A stretch of 62,396 nt of DNA, counting the filler, from Collodictyon triciliatum (Eukaryota), in assembly GCA_043381765.1 (NCBI GenBank). It is 13 parts of 13 records of this genome, joined end to end, with 100 filler letters (N's around TTAATTAATTAA, not from the genome) between each part and the next. Parts side by side here need not be neighbours in the genome. Positions count along the whole stretch, not along the records: positions 9,992 to 14,883 come from JBHJMP010005671.1; positions 14,984 to 19,872 come from JBHJMP010005672.1; positions 19,973 to 24,860 come from JBHJMP010005673.1; positions 24,961 to 29,848 come from JBHJMP010005674.1; 9 more parts are not named here. One strand, written 5' to 3'. Below the pieces are notes generated by a model that did no database searches, was not told where the DNA came from, and saw only the letters and a list, made by a program, of their open reading frames with translations. Each line of letters opens with the position of its first letter. The first letter of the stretch is position 1. Of the stretch, positions 13,510-28,200 are shown piece by piece. A program made the position numbers and the translations under genes.

Positions 13510-14370
13510 CTGAATTGCGGAGCTCTTTGCAGCATCGGTCATGCACCTCCGAATCCGCTCCAGCATCCCAACCACACTCTCCATATTCCAATCACACATC
13601 GCCTCTTCGAAGCATGCTCGGGTGAGGTCTGCATATTAAGCATCGCGGTCGTGGGAAGCGGAGCCAAGTTTTTGCAGAAGCGGATAAGCCGGACAACCTG
13701 GAGTGCGGGCATCGAGCTGAACGGTCTCCATTGTCCAGAGCTCCCAGATGATGACATCCGTGCCGAAGACATCCGCCTTTTCGTTGGACTTTTCCCTGCA
13801 GTTTTAATGTTATGGTGGGTAGATTTTTGTTTCTTTTGTTTTTTCCTTTATTTACTGAATTGGGAATGTGATGGAGTAAGGCTGATGACACCTGAAACAA
13901 AACAAAAAACAATCGGGATATACCTGTCTATAAAAAAGCATCAGCGACCCAGCACGGCGTGCCAATCGTCCCGTTCGAAAAGGATGAATTTCGCTTGACC
14001 TTGTTCATTCCAAAATACGCCACTTTGGCAGCCCGGTTTTCTGTCAATCTGTTTATGAGTCCAGTGTGAAAAAAAAGCAGAAATAATGTTTTAAAACGAG
14101 TTATGATTCATAAAAAAAACATGTTTGACGATTTCAGGTCTCGGCGAATCATGTGCAGTTTTTTCTTACGTGCAAATAGCTGACATACAACGATACATCA
14201 AAGGCGACGTGCAATCTGTGCGAAGAGAGGCAAAGGCGGGCGGTGGTTTTTTATGGTACCGTTGAGAGAACCTCGAGCACAGAATTCCATGACGATACAC
14301 AAGTCATGAAGCTCTATCCACGCACCCATAAACAGACAAACATCCGGACGTCTCGAGTGGCTATGTGCGG
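13510..14370 (-). pseudogene. TKL-family protein kinase pseudogene with introns
   Basis: Exon remnants RRPDVCLFMGAWIELHDLCIVMEFCAR, RLHVAFDVSLYVSYLH, AKVAYFGMNK...GTPCWVADA (DFG changed to YFG, APE to ADA) and EKADVFGTDVIIWELWT, followed by a frameshift. Confidence 0.75.
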
Positions 14371-15239
14371 TGTTTCTTAAATTTTATCACACGCTTACTT
14401 ACATAATTTGGTTTATAAAACGATGAGTTGAACAAATATAATTCCTTCAGGAAGCATTTTGAATTTTGTCCACGAATGCAATAAGGGGTTTGCAATAATG
14501 GGGAAAAAACATCAAATGTGTTTTTGGTATATCTTGCGAGTTAAAAACGCAAAGAAATTTAGACTTCTGCTCGAAATTCTCGGACTAGCTACTTTGATGG
14601 ATGTTGTGAGAAGAGCTTCTAAATCGCAACCTCTGTTCCACGATACCATCCTTGGTAAACCTGGCCGATTTGATGACAGATAAGTTGGGCATGGCGAATT
14701 GGTCTTTACTTTGTTTCGACACACAAATTATATTTACATGAAATATCTGGTTAAGTTTTGGTGAAATATTTGGCGAAATCATCCCGCCCTCCTCTGAATG
14801 ATTCGACGATAAATGGACATTTGTTAGTGGTGCTCATAGCTAGGCTGATGGCTTAACAAAATTTTTAGTCTCAGTTTTCTCGTNNNNNNNNNNNNNNNNN
14901 NNNNNNNNNNNNNNNNNNNNNNNNNNNTTAATTAATTAANNNNNNNNNNNNNNNNNNNNNNNNNNNNNNNNNNNNNNNNNNNNAAAAGAAAAAAGAAAAA
15001 AGAAAAAAGAAAAAAGAAAAAAGAAAAAAGAAAAAAGAAAAAAGAAAAAAGAAAAAAGAAAAAAGAAAAAAGAAAAAAGAAAAAAGAAAAAAGAAAAAGA
15101 AAAAGAAAAAGAAAAAGAAAAAGAAAAAGAAAAAGAAAAAGAAAAAGAAAAAGAAAAAGAAAAAGAAAAGAAAAGAAAAAAAGAAAAGAAAAAAAGAAAA
15201 GAAACACAAAGAAAAGAAAAAGAAACAAAAAGAAGGTTA

Positions 15240-18200
15240 AAACGAACATGAGACCCCATGGCGATATTCATATTCAATGGGCCTTGGATTTTGAAGACAA
15301 TAGAGCCTCGTTGGAATGCCACCCTCCACGTAGTGCGGAATCTAATTTTTATATGATTCATGCGCATTTATCATTTGAAAGAGTTTGAGAAAATTTTAAG
15401 AAGAAAAAAGATCAAGATAGAAGAACAAGAAAAAATAATACAAAGCAAGAATAATGATGAAAGAATAGAAGCGACACCTTCATCAACGGAGAGTTTGGAT
15501 ACCGCTCGTCCATCAATAACTGATTCACAATAACAGAGGCAAGAATGCTTAGTTGATTCAAGTAAAGTGATTATATGTCATGTTTATAATAGTGTCATCA
15601 ATTATTTTGGCACTTCCATTTTCATAAAATTTGGAAATAATGAGGTAGTGAAATACTGACGATGTACAATTCCGTTACAAGAAAGAATTGAAATCTTGAA
15701 AATGGATGCTTTTCTAATATACAGAACTTCCCATTCAGCTCGGCAAAGTTGTTTGCAAAATATTCTCGAATTACTCTAGCCTTGCTATCCTATTATTTCG
15801 TTAAGGGAAAGGATAAACAGAAAGACTTAAGTGACATAAAAACTAGAACAGTCATTGCTCTGCCAGATACAAGATAAATGAATTCATAAAAATGGTGGAA
15901 AGGTACACATGTGGAGAAAAAGCAGGAAATAAGATATTTTAACATGACTAGATTGTTACTTTGATATCTATGCATTTACAATCCTTTTCTCGAGCCGCTA
16001 TTACGATTCGAGGATGAGAGCCAAAAGTACACCACTGGTATATACGTTTTGATAAAAATGAATGATTATTGTCTGCATATTGTCACTTTAAAACCTCTAG
16101 ATAAACATTCAATATTATTTTTTTTACCATGGCCGCATTTTTCTTTGCAGTAACGTTTTCGTAAACCTTCCTAATCCTGAAATGCAACTCAAGAAATTAA
16201 AATTTATGCATGTTTTCTGTCCAATTTTTTCTATTAATCATACATTGGTCGCCTATATTATATTGTATTATATTATTGTATAATGAAATGATGAAGACCG
16301 TGTGCTAACGTACTTTCCACTTGTAGACACATAAATGGAGCCATCACTCCCCCAATGAAGAAATTCGTCCCAATTAAAAGGGCTAGCAGTTGTTCTGTGT
16401 TTATGAATTAAAATAATGATTGTGCAAAAGTTTTCATCCAGATAAAAAAATATCATCAAATAAATTGTGGTCCAACAAACCCGAAGGAGTTGTGAGGAAT
16501 TTTTAATTCGGCAAGAAGCGCTACACGAATTTTTGGAGAACTAACACTCAATATCATTCTGTATATAAATGAAGCGGCAGCAGTATCCACAACCAAAAGT
16601 GGCCCACAGCCATCTGCAGTTAATTTTGGTGGTATGAGAATGGTTAAAGACCTAAAATCGATCCATGAAAACCTTCTGGGAAAGAGTACCTTCTGGGTCG
16701 ATGGAAACTGCAATATGCTCCACCATCCTCTTGTATTGAATAGTAACAAAGTTTGATGAAGTGTTTGGTTCACACATGTTGTCACATTCCCTCGTCTATA
16801 CAAAAGAGAACTGGCTGAGTAAATGGATATTTTGAATTGTAGAAGACACTCAACATATATCTAATTTTTATTAAAAATCAATATATACATAACATGAATG
16901 TTGACGCACCTGTTTGGTTGGTTGGATATCATGAACGTGCATAGGGCATTCTTCATTGTGCTTTTGTGCAAATATTTCGCATATATCTAGACGGTGGTTT
17001 CCCATGTATGAGTAGCAATAGACAGGACTTCAAAATGGTATAATGGGCCGGAAAATGGATTACTCACACAATGTAAATCGAGGGACACCCCCGACATATA
17101 TTAGAAAATCTCTGTTGGACACCTAAAACAAGTAAATATATTATATTTTTTCTTTTTCATTTTGATCTTATTAAAAAAAAAGTTACGAAAGGGCTCGGTG
17201 AGACGATTTTCTACGTGGTGTTTTTCATGCAAGATAAAAGCGAAATAATGATAATTTTACAAAGACCTTGCATTTAACAATGTGATTATGTCCTCTCAGC
17301 CTTTTATGTGGCTCCTCGATGTGTTCCAAAGCCGGCTCGATCACGTTGTCTCGCAAATCAAACTCTGGAAGTTTTTGAACCACATATGCCTCCTACTTGC
17401 GTTAAAATTGTTGCAGATTTTGATTGATAGCAAGGTTAAAAAGTACCATAAACCATGCTACAACTAGCTCATTTATCCTCATATTCTTTGGCATACATAC
17501 ATACATACATACATACATACATACATACATACATACATACATACATACATACATACATACATACATACATACATACATACATACATACATACATACATAC
17601 ATACATACATGAAAAAAGCCTCACCATGTGGGACTTAAATTCTGACAAATATGAAGGTTTGACTCTTGAGTCTGAGTAGGTCGAAAATATGAATGAATTA
17701 ATTCCTCCTCGGGATAAACGAAGGCCAGGAAATATGAGTGGTTGCAGAGGGCTTATTGAACGGGGGCAATACCGCATTTCTATAAGTTGAGATGTACGTA
17801 TGAATCAATACCATGCCAATTTAAATTGCCAATAATAATATGAATTGGTTTCTGAGAACACTAGCTTCGTCTCATAAGAATGCCGCGGTGCTATTGATGT
17901 TTCCAAAACCCTCAGAAAACCTGCCTTCCTCAGATGTGTTTGCACCTTCTTGCAAATCAGTCCAGTTGACGTCGTTTCGTATTGAGAAGCGAAAGAACTT
18001 TGACCAGGAGGGGTTTGTTTTAGCCAAGGCGTATTCGGCCTTACCTAGTTCATGGATAGCGCAATTTAATATTATATTCGTGTCTTTTAAGTTTTTTTTT
18101 ATTTATCCTTATTTAAATAACATATCAAATAATTGTTTTATTATAAGTTGAAAGTAACAGAACAAACGAATGGCTTTGCAAATACGGTTTCATTAAGATA

Positions 18201-18340
18201 GTAAATTAGGATACAAAGAAGAAAAAAGAAGCACGAATAGGATCGACGGCCTCTCCAACGAAATGCAAGGGGATAGGAAGAAGCGGCAGCCAGCCGTGCT
18301 CTTTCAAAGGCTTTTCGGCTGTGTAATGGCCGTCGTCCAT
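15240..18340 (-). CDS. Multi-exon gene, possibly TAF1C/Rrn6-like RNA polymerase I core-factor subunit
   Basis: Exons give SPFNWDEFLHWGSDGSIY, WCTFGSHPRIVIAAREKD and KHPFSRFQFFL, which resemble TAF1C propeller motifs (W..F..HPR). The exon model is incomplete. Confidence 0.35.
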
Positions 18341-18549
18341 CGTCGATCTGTTTTGTCTGAAGTGGTAGGGATTCTGTGAGTTTGCAGCTGGCCTTTCTGG
18401 CGAAAAGGAACGCTCGAGTAAGCCGCGCTTGAGAGGAAGCAAATATCAGTAGAAACTTCTTTTTTTATATCCACGATATACTTAGCTGTTGGCGCCCGTG
18501 CCAACAATCTTTTTTCCAACCACCAAGCAAGTATTCCGAGGTAAAAAAG

Positions 18550-19872
18550 AGAAAGTGATGGCGGATGTGCTATCAGAGGAGTATAGAGACGGGGGATAGA
18601 TAAAGGAGAGAGAAGGGGATGAGAAGGAAGAAAAAAGGAGGTAAAGACCCTGGGGCTTGATAAGAGGCCCAGGGATTCCTTTCAGGATAGGACTTGTGGT
18701 GAAGTCCTTGGGAGAGGGAAAGTAGCGGGCTTGATTATGTTTAGAGGGGAGTGGAAGAGGATGGGAATACTACTTTGGTGGCGCAAGGTGTTGAAAGGAT
18801 GGTGGACAGGAGAAGTTCGCATTGAGTTAGAAAGGCACTAGGTCGAGTGCAAAGACAACTTCTCTGCATAGTTTACGCACTTCCTTCCAGACCGCAGAGC
18901 GGTCTTTAGAGTATGTTTGTTGCATTTGGGACGTTTCCCAAGTGCTGGTAATGACCTTGGCCATGACATCGATGTGGTTTGTGGGCGAGTTTGGGTTTGA
19001 GAGTCGACTGATACGCCCTGCCCAAAGGGCTCCAAGGACGTGGCTTCTCAAAAGTGCGAAGTTTTCAAGCCCGATATCAAGAGGGTTGCTGTCTCCGATG
19101 AGGGCTGCCCGGATGGTGAGTTTGTGTAATTTGGTCGAGGGTACACACATCAATCGCATCCCAAGCTTCCACGCCTGTTTTGCAATACTGCATTCAAAGA
19201 AAAAGTGAAGCAGGTAGTCTCTGTCATTATTACAGAACGCGCATGTTGATGGTTGCTTTGTTATCTTCTCGAGTCTTTCTCCTGTGAGAAGGTTTTTCCA
19301 CACGATATTCAGGAGGAGTACTCTTAGGGATGGTCTCATGAAGTTGATTTGTGTTTGTCTCCATACATTAGGCCAAAAAACATCCTTCTCACCGAGTTCA
19401 TTCCAGAAATTAATAACTTTAGGACGAGGAAGTGTTATTGGGAAGAACTTTGTCTCAAAGGATGGTGTTCTGACTAATGAAAGGTTGATTTCATTGTTTG
19501 ATTTAAGGAGGAAGAGAGTCGGCGATGGAATACCATTCATCCATTCCCGGCGAGGCACCCATGCATTCTTCCTGGTTTGTACTGCCGTGGTAATTCTCAC
19601 TTCCTTAACATCAATTATTGGTCCATATGCAATTTGAGGGGTACTGTCATCACTAATATAGGCAGGCTGAATTCCGATGGTTTGGTCCAAGTTTATTTTC
19701 TTGAAGAAACCAAACTCTCCATCGTATTCCACCAATGTGTCCTCCTCTAGTGAGATATTTTCCAGTTTTTTTGGAATCAGTTTAAACCTCTTAAAGAGGA
19801 GTTCCATTCTCTGTCGGCAGAAGGGACCCATCATTTTAACTGCTTGTTTAATGTTTTTTTCATTCCAGATGA
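18550..19872 (-). mobile_element. Non-LTR retrotransposon (L1/Tx1-like) ORF2 3' end with zf-RVT, plus 3' UTR
   Basis: Intronless ORF 18827-19834 containing VWKNLLTGERL...CAFCNNDRDYLLHFFFECSIAKQAW, followed on the element strand by a pyrimidine-rich UTR with a stem-loop. Confidence 0.8.
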
Positions 19873-20068
19873 NNNNNNNNNNNNNNNNNNNNNNNNNNNN
19901 NNNNNNNNNNNNNNNNTTAATTAATTAANNNNNNNNNNNNNNNNNNNNNNNNNNNNNNNNNNNNNNNNNNNNGTGTGTTGTGTGTTTGGGAGTTATGCCT
20001 TTTGGGGTTCATTGTTTGTTTTGTTTCCTTCCCTTTTTTTTTTTGACTTGGGTTTAGTTCGTTTTCTT

Positions 20069-20500
20069 TTACTCATGCATTGCCTCCTGGAGACTTTCCC
20101 GGCCTGGATACACCGATATCTCGCTTCGTGCGGTTCTTGGAGTTAGTGGGAGAGAGCACACAGAAGGCACGCACATACACACCCCATGAGTGCCGCAACA
20201 TGTGTCCCGTCGTGTGACTGTCCAGAGTATTCCTGAGTCGTGGGGCATTCCATGTCGTGTGCCAAATAGAATGTCAGAGGTATTTGCTGCTGGGAGATGA
20301 ACTCCATCAATCTTGGAGAGGACTCTGCTACTCATTGAGCAAAAGAGGATTCTATATAGTCGTGTGTTCGGCCGAGGCGCGTTTCTACAATGATTCATGG
20401 TGCGTGCAAAACCTACTTCATCAGAGACTATACTTCTCTGGACTGTTTGGCTGTTTCTTCTTTCAAATCATCGCATTTTACTCTCCCCTTTGTTATGGCT
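20069..20500 (-). mobile_element. Possible highly degenerate non-LTR ORF2 C-terminus
   Basis: NHC...YRILFC...SDILFG...LW spacing resembles the zf-RVT tail at 18827-19300. An A-rich tract follows on the element strand. Confidence 0.3.
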
Positions 20501-20658
20501 GTCCGTGCGACCGAAAAGACGAAAAGAAAAGAAAAAAGCAGAAAAATTAATCTCTGTTTTTATTAAGGATAGAATGGAGGGGCCGGCAGACGTAATTCCG
20601 ATGAAATGTTGAAGCAGACTGACTCAAGTTTAGAAGCTTTTTTGGGCAACTTGTCAGG

Positions 20659-22078
20659 TCATGTGGACATCGTTGCGATTTTGCGGATGGTCGAAACGAA
20701 GTGTGCGTACCAATTATCCCTGTCAGCCTATTCAACCAATCGCATGAATTACCCAATTTATTTTTTTTTTTTCAGACTCTCGAAGCAACATTTATGTGTG
20801 CTTCTCTGAATGAATAATTTACCTCATTTTCGCTACGAATGGACAAACTTGATTGGTGAGCAAGGTCGAGGGAATAGGAGCCGCTTTTGGTTATGTTTCG
20901 CACATCCCTCATCTTCACAGAGCGCAAATTAAATTATTATGGTAATTATTATAATTATTATTGCATTCGTTTGATTACTGGAATAGCAAACTAGAAGACA
21001 GACGTGCTTAAGTTGTTTGGGTATTATCCTTGCCATATAATTATTTTTTAATTCTTGTTCATGCAAAACAAAACAAAACAAAACAAAACAAAACAAAACA
21101 AAACAAAACAAAACAAAACAAAACAAAACAAAACAAAACAAAACAAAACAAAACAAAACAAAACAAAACAATGATAATCTAAAAGGGAGATAATCAGTAA
21201 CGAACCTGAATAACTGTCAAGGGGTGCATTTCATGGTCATTATTAAATACCATGAATTTCTTGTCAAATAAATATGCAAAACAAGACGACATGGTATGTC
21301 CTGAGTACTGAACGTCGATATATCCTTTGCGTACAAGGCATCCAGTGCCAAGCTGGTCAAACAAAAAAAATTTTTTTAATTAAGGTGTCAACAAAATTGG
21401 GGAGGGGAATATATCACACACATTCATAAATTATTGGTCAATTCGACTTACATCCGAGGGGAGAGATACTGTCGAATTTGATATTATTATCTGCAAAAGA
21501 CGACAAAGGTCCTTGAAATCTCCCATGTGTGGAACAATAATCTCGTAGCTTATAACATATGGGAATTCAACCCTCTTAATCATGATTCAGTACATCATTC
21601 AAAATATATACACATATTGGAAAGGGCTCTTATTCCTCACATATTTGCACAATCTCAAACCCTTTGGTATACACTCTATTTCAGAGGCTTAGAAATAAAA
21701 GGGCAAAAAGAAAAAGAAAAGGCTTGTTTGATACGTACTGATGAAATTCTCGGAAATATATCTGGATATTTTTTTCGCTTGGATTGCTTTTGAATTCCGA
21801 TATCTGATTAAAAGTCCATTGCTTGTGGCTGTCTCCCTCAGATAAATTGTTGAGGTACTATATACAACATTTTTGAATACAAATGATAAAAACTAAAAAA
21901 TAAAATAAAATATTAAGCATATGTGAATTTCTGGAACATTGTACATTAGGATATTGGAGATATGAAGAGGATGCTATCAAGCTGCAAGAGCATAAAAAAA
22001 TATATATAATACCAATCTTACTTTATTAGCAAAATCAATTTGGAAGACTCTCATCTGCAACACTACACCAAAAACGAA

Positions 22079-22148
<70 letters not shown>

Positions 22149-24410
22149 AAAAAAGAGATAAGGAATGAAAAGGAAAGGTAAAGGACGTTTGCTATGCTGA
22201 AAACAAAAGCTGTGATAAAATTATTTTGACAAATTTTATCACTATAGATGGGCCCCTAGAATATTTCCATGATAGTTTAAATATGCCACAAACAAACCTC
22301 CTCGTTTGTTGACTTTAAATACGGGATAGCATGCTGACTCAGCAGCACAAATGACCGACGGGTTTAATTTTGGATCAGGGAATTCTTTTGCTGCATCAGA
22401 GATGGCAGAGAACCACCCATTTCTTTCCGTCTTTAAGCAGAGGTGGTAAGTAACTTGAAGAGAGAAAGGAAAAAGAGGAGGAGAAGGAGAAATACAGACG
22501 TCAAGAATGATCACAATATGGCACTTACCTTGGTTTTAAATCGAAAGGGATGTACCGCACGCATGACAGTAATGTCTATTTGTAGGTCGCCGACTTTAGA
22601 ACATTCAACATGACTCCGACTCACCGGAATAACGTGCAGTGGATAAAACTCCTTCATAAGCATCATTTTGATGAATATACATATATATCAGTACAACTAA
22701 AGAAACAGAACTCTTGGGGTGAAATAATATGAAACGTGCAGATACGTATGCAAAGTATTTGTTTTCTTTTTACATAAATGCAAAGGAGAGCTGAAAGAAT
22801 TTTCTCGTGGTTTACCTGTTGTGATTTGTACAACAACAACTTTCCTCGGTAAAGTAATGCCCAAATTTTGCTCCAGTTTCGGCCAATCTGCTTTTCAATC
22901 ATTCCCCGCTTTATACACTCTCCAACTTTGAACTGATGATATAAATTTTAAAGCGACTGAGAACCATAAAATTTTTTATTGGAAGATGATTTGTCGTATT
23001 GTGTTTTTTTTTATATACATTTTTCTAAAAAAGAAAACCTTTGAAGGCACTGCTTTACTATTAAATGTAATCAAATCCCGGATGGCATCAATCATTTCAT
23101 CTCTTTCATCCCTCGTGTCTGAGTGAATCTCGTAGCTATGTGGATGCAGAATCCATAAGTTTTTCCCTTTTTATTATGATATTTCTTTACAATACAACAT
23201 TTGCAATGGAAGAGAAGCCATCATTGCGAGACCATTTATTGATACAGTTTTGAGAAATAAACCCATACTGGACAGAGTTGCGTAAAGTAATGTTCACAAT
23301 AGTATCTGTAAGAGCATCCACGTCACAACTAACTATGTCAACAAACGCAAATGACTTTCTGATTGTTCCTGTTATGCGATAAAAGAAAAAAAGAAACGTG
23401 TTTAAATGACATGAATCATAGACACATGATATGTAATATTGAAATTCGATTTCATAAAAATGCCTTTTACAATAATGTGACACCTTTTAGAATGTTGAGA
23501 AGCTTTTGTTGGGAATAGTCTATTTGCATAATACGACGTTCCATTTCCTGAGACCTCTAAGAATATAAAGGAGACGAACAAGAGTGGGTATTCAAAGAGA
23601 AAATGAGAAATGTAGTCGAATTGATAAGACCAAATACTAAACTACAGATTGCAGAACAGCCAACGTTTTATTGTTGATGAAAATATTAAAAACCTTGTTT
23701 GGTTTTTCACATTCGAAATTCAGACATGTCACGGCAGACACGATAGAAGAGTATGCAGATTGCATGGATATCTCTAAAGGACAAAATAGTGAGAATTGTT
23801 GATGAAGTAAATAATTATTTAAGTATACGTAGAGCTGGAAATAATTGATTCCAAGAAAGGTCGATTAAATTGGAAAAAAAAAAGTAAAAACCTGATGCTT
23901 TCGAGAAATCAGTTGATATGCTAATAGCCTTCTCTAAATCTGTGAACCAAGTCTTAAGTTGAGCGGAGGGTTCGCAACTTGAAGTGGAGGTGAGCAGAGA
24001 AAACGTTAGTGAAACGGAATCTTTTGGAATGAAAAAAGAAAAAGAAAAAGAAAAAGGGTGTGCATTTTGTAGAGAGGGATTAATACTACCCAAAAATGAA
24101 AGTCTTTTCAGGATGTGAAATCTGTGCGAGGTTTGGGTGTGCTGCACGAAGGTATTTTTTTTTTTTTTAAAAAAAAGAAGGAATTAATGTAAGCCTCAAA
24201 ATAAAAGAAAATTTCAACATGATACGAATTTTTAAAATTAGACAAATAAAAATATAATTAATCAGTAATAAGGATATCCAAATATTTTTTTGGTAGATGG
24301 AATTCCGAACCTTCAACTTCTCGTACTTCTGAGAGGCGGCACTGAGCAAGAAATAACAATCGGTTGAGAAAATACAACCTATCACCACTTGTTGAAATAG
24401 GAGTTGCATA
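20659..24410 (-). CDS. Multi-PH-domain protein, many exons, 5' end not seen
   Basis: PH-like segments GMIEKQIGRNWSKIWALLYRGKLLLYKSQ, FKTKTERNGWFSAI, VRKGYIDVQ and SENEADRDNWYAHF. Stop TGA at 20661-20659. Confidence 0.65.
21065..21171. repeat. (AAAAC)n microsatellite
   Basis: Direct reading. Confidence 0.95.
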
Positions 24411-25258
24411 ACTGAATAATGATATAATTAATGTTTAGACATTCACGTTCTACAAAAATGCCAATGTAAATAAAATGTTCAAGTCTCAAAAGGTAAGAAA
24501 GGAACAGGAAAAGAAAAGAAAAAAAAGAAGATAGAAATTACAGAGAAGTGATATTTTAATGCTTACATGATACAATCATCAAACATGAACATGTGTTTTT
24601 GCTTAAATGATCCACTTTTGTAGAATCTGACTGGCCCTTCTCGTATAAACCTCCGCATTGGGTCAAAAAGTTTAACCTACATTAGTTACAATAGTTTAGT
24701 ATTATACATCGATCAGTTATTCAAAAAAAATTCAAAAAGTTATTGCCATATTTACATATCCCCCCCCCCCCCCCTTTTTTTTTTTTTTTTTTTTTTATCT
24801 TAAAATAAAAAATTTTTTTAATTTTTTTTCTATATCTCCCTATACTATTTTTTTTTTTTTNNNNNNNNNNNNNNNNNNNNNNNNNNNNNNNNNNNNNNNN
24901 NNNNTTAATTAATTAANNNNNNNNNNNNNNNNNNNNNNNNNNNNNNNNNNNNNNNNNNNNATCTGTGTGTCTGTGTTATCTATCTGTGTGTCTGTGTTAT
25001 CTATCTGTGTGTCTGTGTTATCTATCTGTGTGTCTGTGTTATCTATCTGTGTGTCTGTGTTTTCTATCTGTGTGTCTGTGTTTTCTATCTGTGTGTGTTT
25101 TCTATCTGCATGTATTTTCTATCTGTGTGTGCGTGTGTGTTTTCTATCTGTGTGTGTTTTCTACGTGTGTTTTGAGTGCAAGAAATGGAGGAGTAATGTG
25201 GTCGGGCGTAGATAAGCAAACAACGGCGAGAAAAAATACAAGAAGCTAGGCAACAAAC

Positions 25259-28200
25259 CCTTGTTGAGAGGATTGCGTCCAGACAGCGAGTATGCGACAG
25301 CCTGTCCAGTCTTGAACGGCGAGTTGTATGCCCCGGGGCCGGGCACCTCGTCCGCTGCAGAATGGGAGGTCGTTGGGGTTACACAATAGAGAACAGTATA
25401 CATATACGCTCGATTGATTGTGTCTTTCCTTTTCATGGTTTCATTTCATCGATGTTCTTCGTATAAGAAAAAAAAAGTATTTGGGGAGGCCGCCATAGAA
25501 TGCGACTGGTCTGTTTGCATATGTAGAGACGGCAGCAAAGGAGGGTTTGCAGGGTCAGATAAGTGGGTATATAGAAAAGTTACCTTTCGGTGGCTTTGTT
25601 CGGCCGCCCATAGAATATGCAGGAGCCTCCCCGACGCGTGACTTCACTTCGTATGCACCGGGAGCAGGTGTAACCGTGGCTATGATTGAAAGAGTACATG
25701 AGTATAGCATTGCATAGTAAGTCGATGTATTATGTCTACCGTGTGTGCATTTCGTTAATGACCCAGTAGTGTGGGCACAAATGTTTAAATGGAGCACAAT
25801 CGCATATTGAGCATTTCATATTTGTAGTTCCCTCTTCTTTTCCTTTTTTTTTTCTCCTTCTCCTCTTCTATATCTTTACTTTGAATATCCTTCTGCATTC
25901 TTTCCCCCTTTCATACCACATAAAGGTTTAAAATATAGACGCTTGCTTTTCTCACCTTTCTCCGCTGCAGAGCGGCCGCTGAGAGTGTATCGGGGCGCCT
26001 CTCCGATTTTTGACTTGATTTCGTATGCGTTTGGCCCGGGAGTCACGTCTCCTTTTCCTATGGGGTTGCGGGGAACCATAGAGTAAGCCGGAGCTGTTCC
26101 CATCAGGGAGCGGATGGAATACGCGCCGGGGCCAGGATGACCTTCACCTTTGGTACAAAAAGCGAGGTTATATTTATTTAGTTGATTGGATAAAAATTTT
26201 TTGTATTCTTGTGTTTTGTTTGTGTTTGCGAATATAGCTGAGTTTAATCGTCTTCAGCTACATGTTTGGGGAAAGTTAAAAAGTGTCCCTCGCTTGGACC
26301 ATAATTTGTTTTTTGATTGTTATTCTTTTTTCTCTCTTTTTTTGTTTCGAGCGATTTAGAATATATTGATGCAAAAGATGAATATCAGACTTTTATTGTT
26401 TGTGGGTATTGAATCCTGAGTATTATAAGATAATGCCGAGAATGAACGATACTGGTGGAGCATAATGAAAAGGAAGTACCTTTTCCGAGTGGGTTACGAC
26501 CACTCAGAGTGTATGCAGGCGCCTTGCCCATAAATGTTCCAAGTTCATATTGACTTGGGCCAGGCACAATGTCCCCTGCAAGAAACACCGTTGTGTTGAG
26601 GTTTGGATAGATGTGAATAGGCACATGAACATAGAGCCATACAATCAAAACATATACAGTATTCATATATTATAGCAAAAATAAAATTGCACGTGTGTAC
26701 AGGAATGTCTAATAGTACGGTTCAGGGATGGATATGTCGAAGTTTAGGCGGCTTGAATAAAAAGAAAACCTTTGAGGGCAGGATGTCTACCCGCCATTGT
26801 GTATGCGGATGCTTCTCCAACGAATTTCTTGTGCTCATACTGCCCTGGTCCAGGGAAATTGGCCGCTGAAAAAAGTATTAAATGAGGATTTTTTAGATGA
26901 ATATAGTTAGAGCATGCAATATTTCCAGTCGCATTATAAGGTGAGTTGAGTTCTTGGCCACGTAGATGTTCTCACTTTTACTTGCTGCTATGAATATTTC
27001 AATGTAGATATGATGGAGAGAAGCTGCATCTATCGTAGAACGATTATTGGTGATATTGAGTCACTTACGCTTTTCAAAGGATGTACGCCCGCTCAATGTG
27101 TATTTCGGTGCCACTCCAACAAATGTTCGAAGCTCATATGTGCCTGGTCCAGGAACATTATCACCTACAATTCATGAATGATATATTGGAGTTCAGAAGT
27201 TCATGATTTAAAATCAAACTTTTGGATGGGCTGTTATGTGAACGATTATAGTAAAATAGATCTGATGGAAACTGCTATCATATATTTTTCTTGTAAATTG
27301 ATTTTGAAATTCTAAGCTGTTGGCTCCACAATTAAGCTCGAATCCTACCCTTATGTGGCTCAAAGCGTTTTGAGAGTGTATATGCAGGTGCATGTCCGAT
27401 GTTACTTTTAATGTCGTACGCACTCGGCCCCGGCGTGACTGACGCTAGAATTGTATGGTTGGTATTTTTGAAAGATTGAGCTTCCTGTTTCAGACGATAA
27501 TATGTAGGTCAAATTGAAGAGATAGTGAGTTACTACATTAGTCCCAACTGGTCACTCATGATTTCAAGTACCTTTTTCAGGAGCATGGCGACTGGAAAGA
27601 GTATAAGCAGGAGCTTTTCCCATGACCGATTTTTGTTCGTATGTACCGGGCCCAGGAGGATTATCGCCTAACATTTACAAGGAAAATTGCATTTGATCGG
27701 TCACCATGTGAATCGTACGTGAATCTTTTATATACTGAATAAGATCGGAAGAGTTCTCATCGCTCGAACTTCGTACCCTTTCGAATTTCGTGTCGGGCCT
27801 TGATGGAAGGCCCGTGGCTGTGTCCCACATATGTGGGTGAGTTGTAAGCTCCAGGCCCAGGTGTTTCGGTTGCTTTGAAAGGGAAAGTCAGATACTAGAG
27901 GCCATGAAAACGCACAATGAAACCCAGCACATGAAATGTACAGGTATACATCAATATTTGGGCAGAGTATCTTGAACTCAATAATTTGTTTTAAAAAAAA
28001 AGAAGAGAAAATAGGGAACATGCCAACCCAAACTAACTATTCATATATGAGGTGTGATAGTGTCTCAGATGTATCGATGTCACAACGATATGAAATCAAA
28101 GTGAATTATCGTCGAAGTGACTGACGCTACATCTTCAACTCTCGTATGGGGCACTTTGAGGACTAAAGAAAACGCTGTTCGAGACTGGACTGCAATGCTG

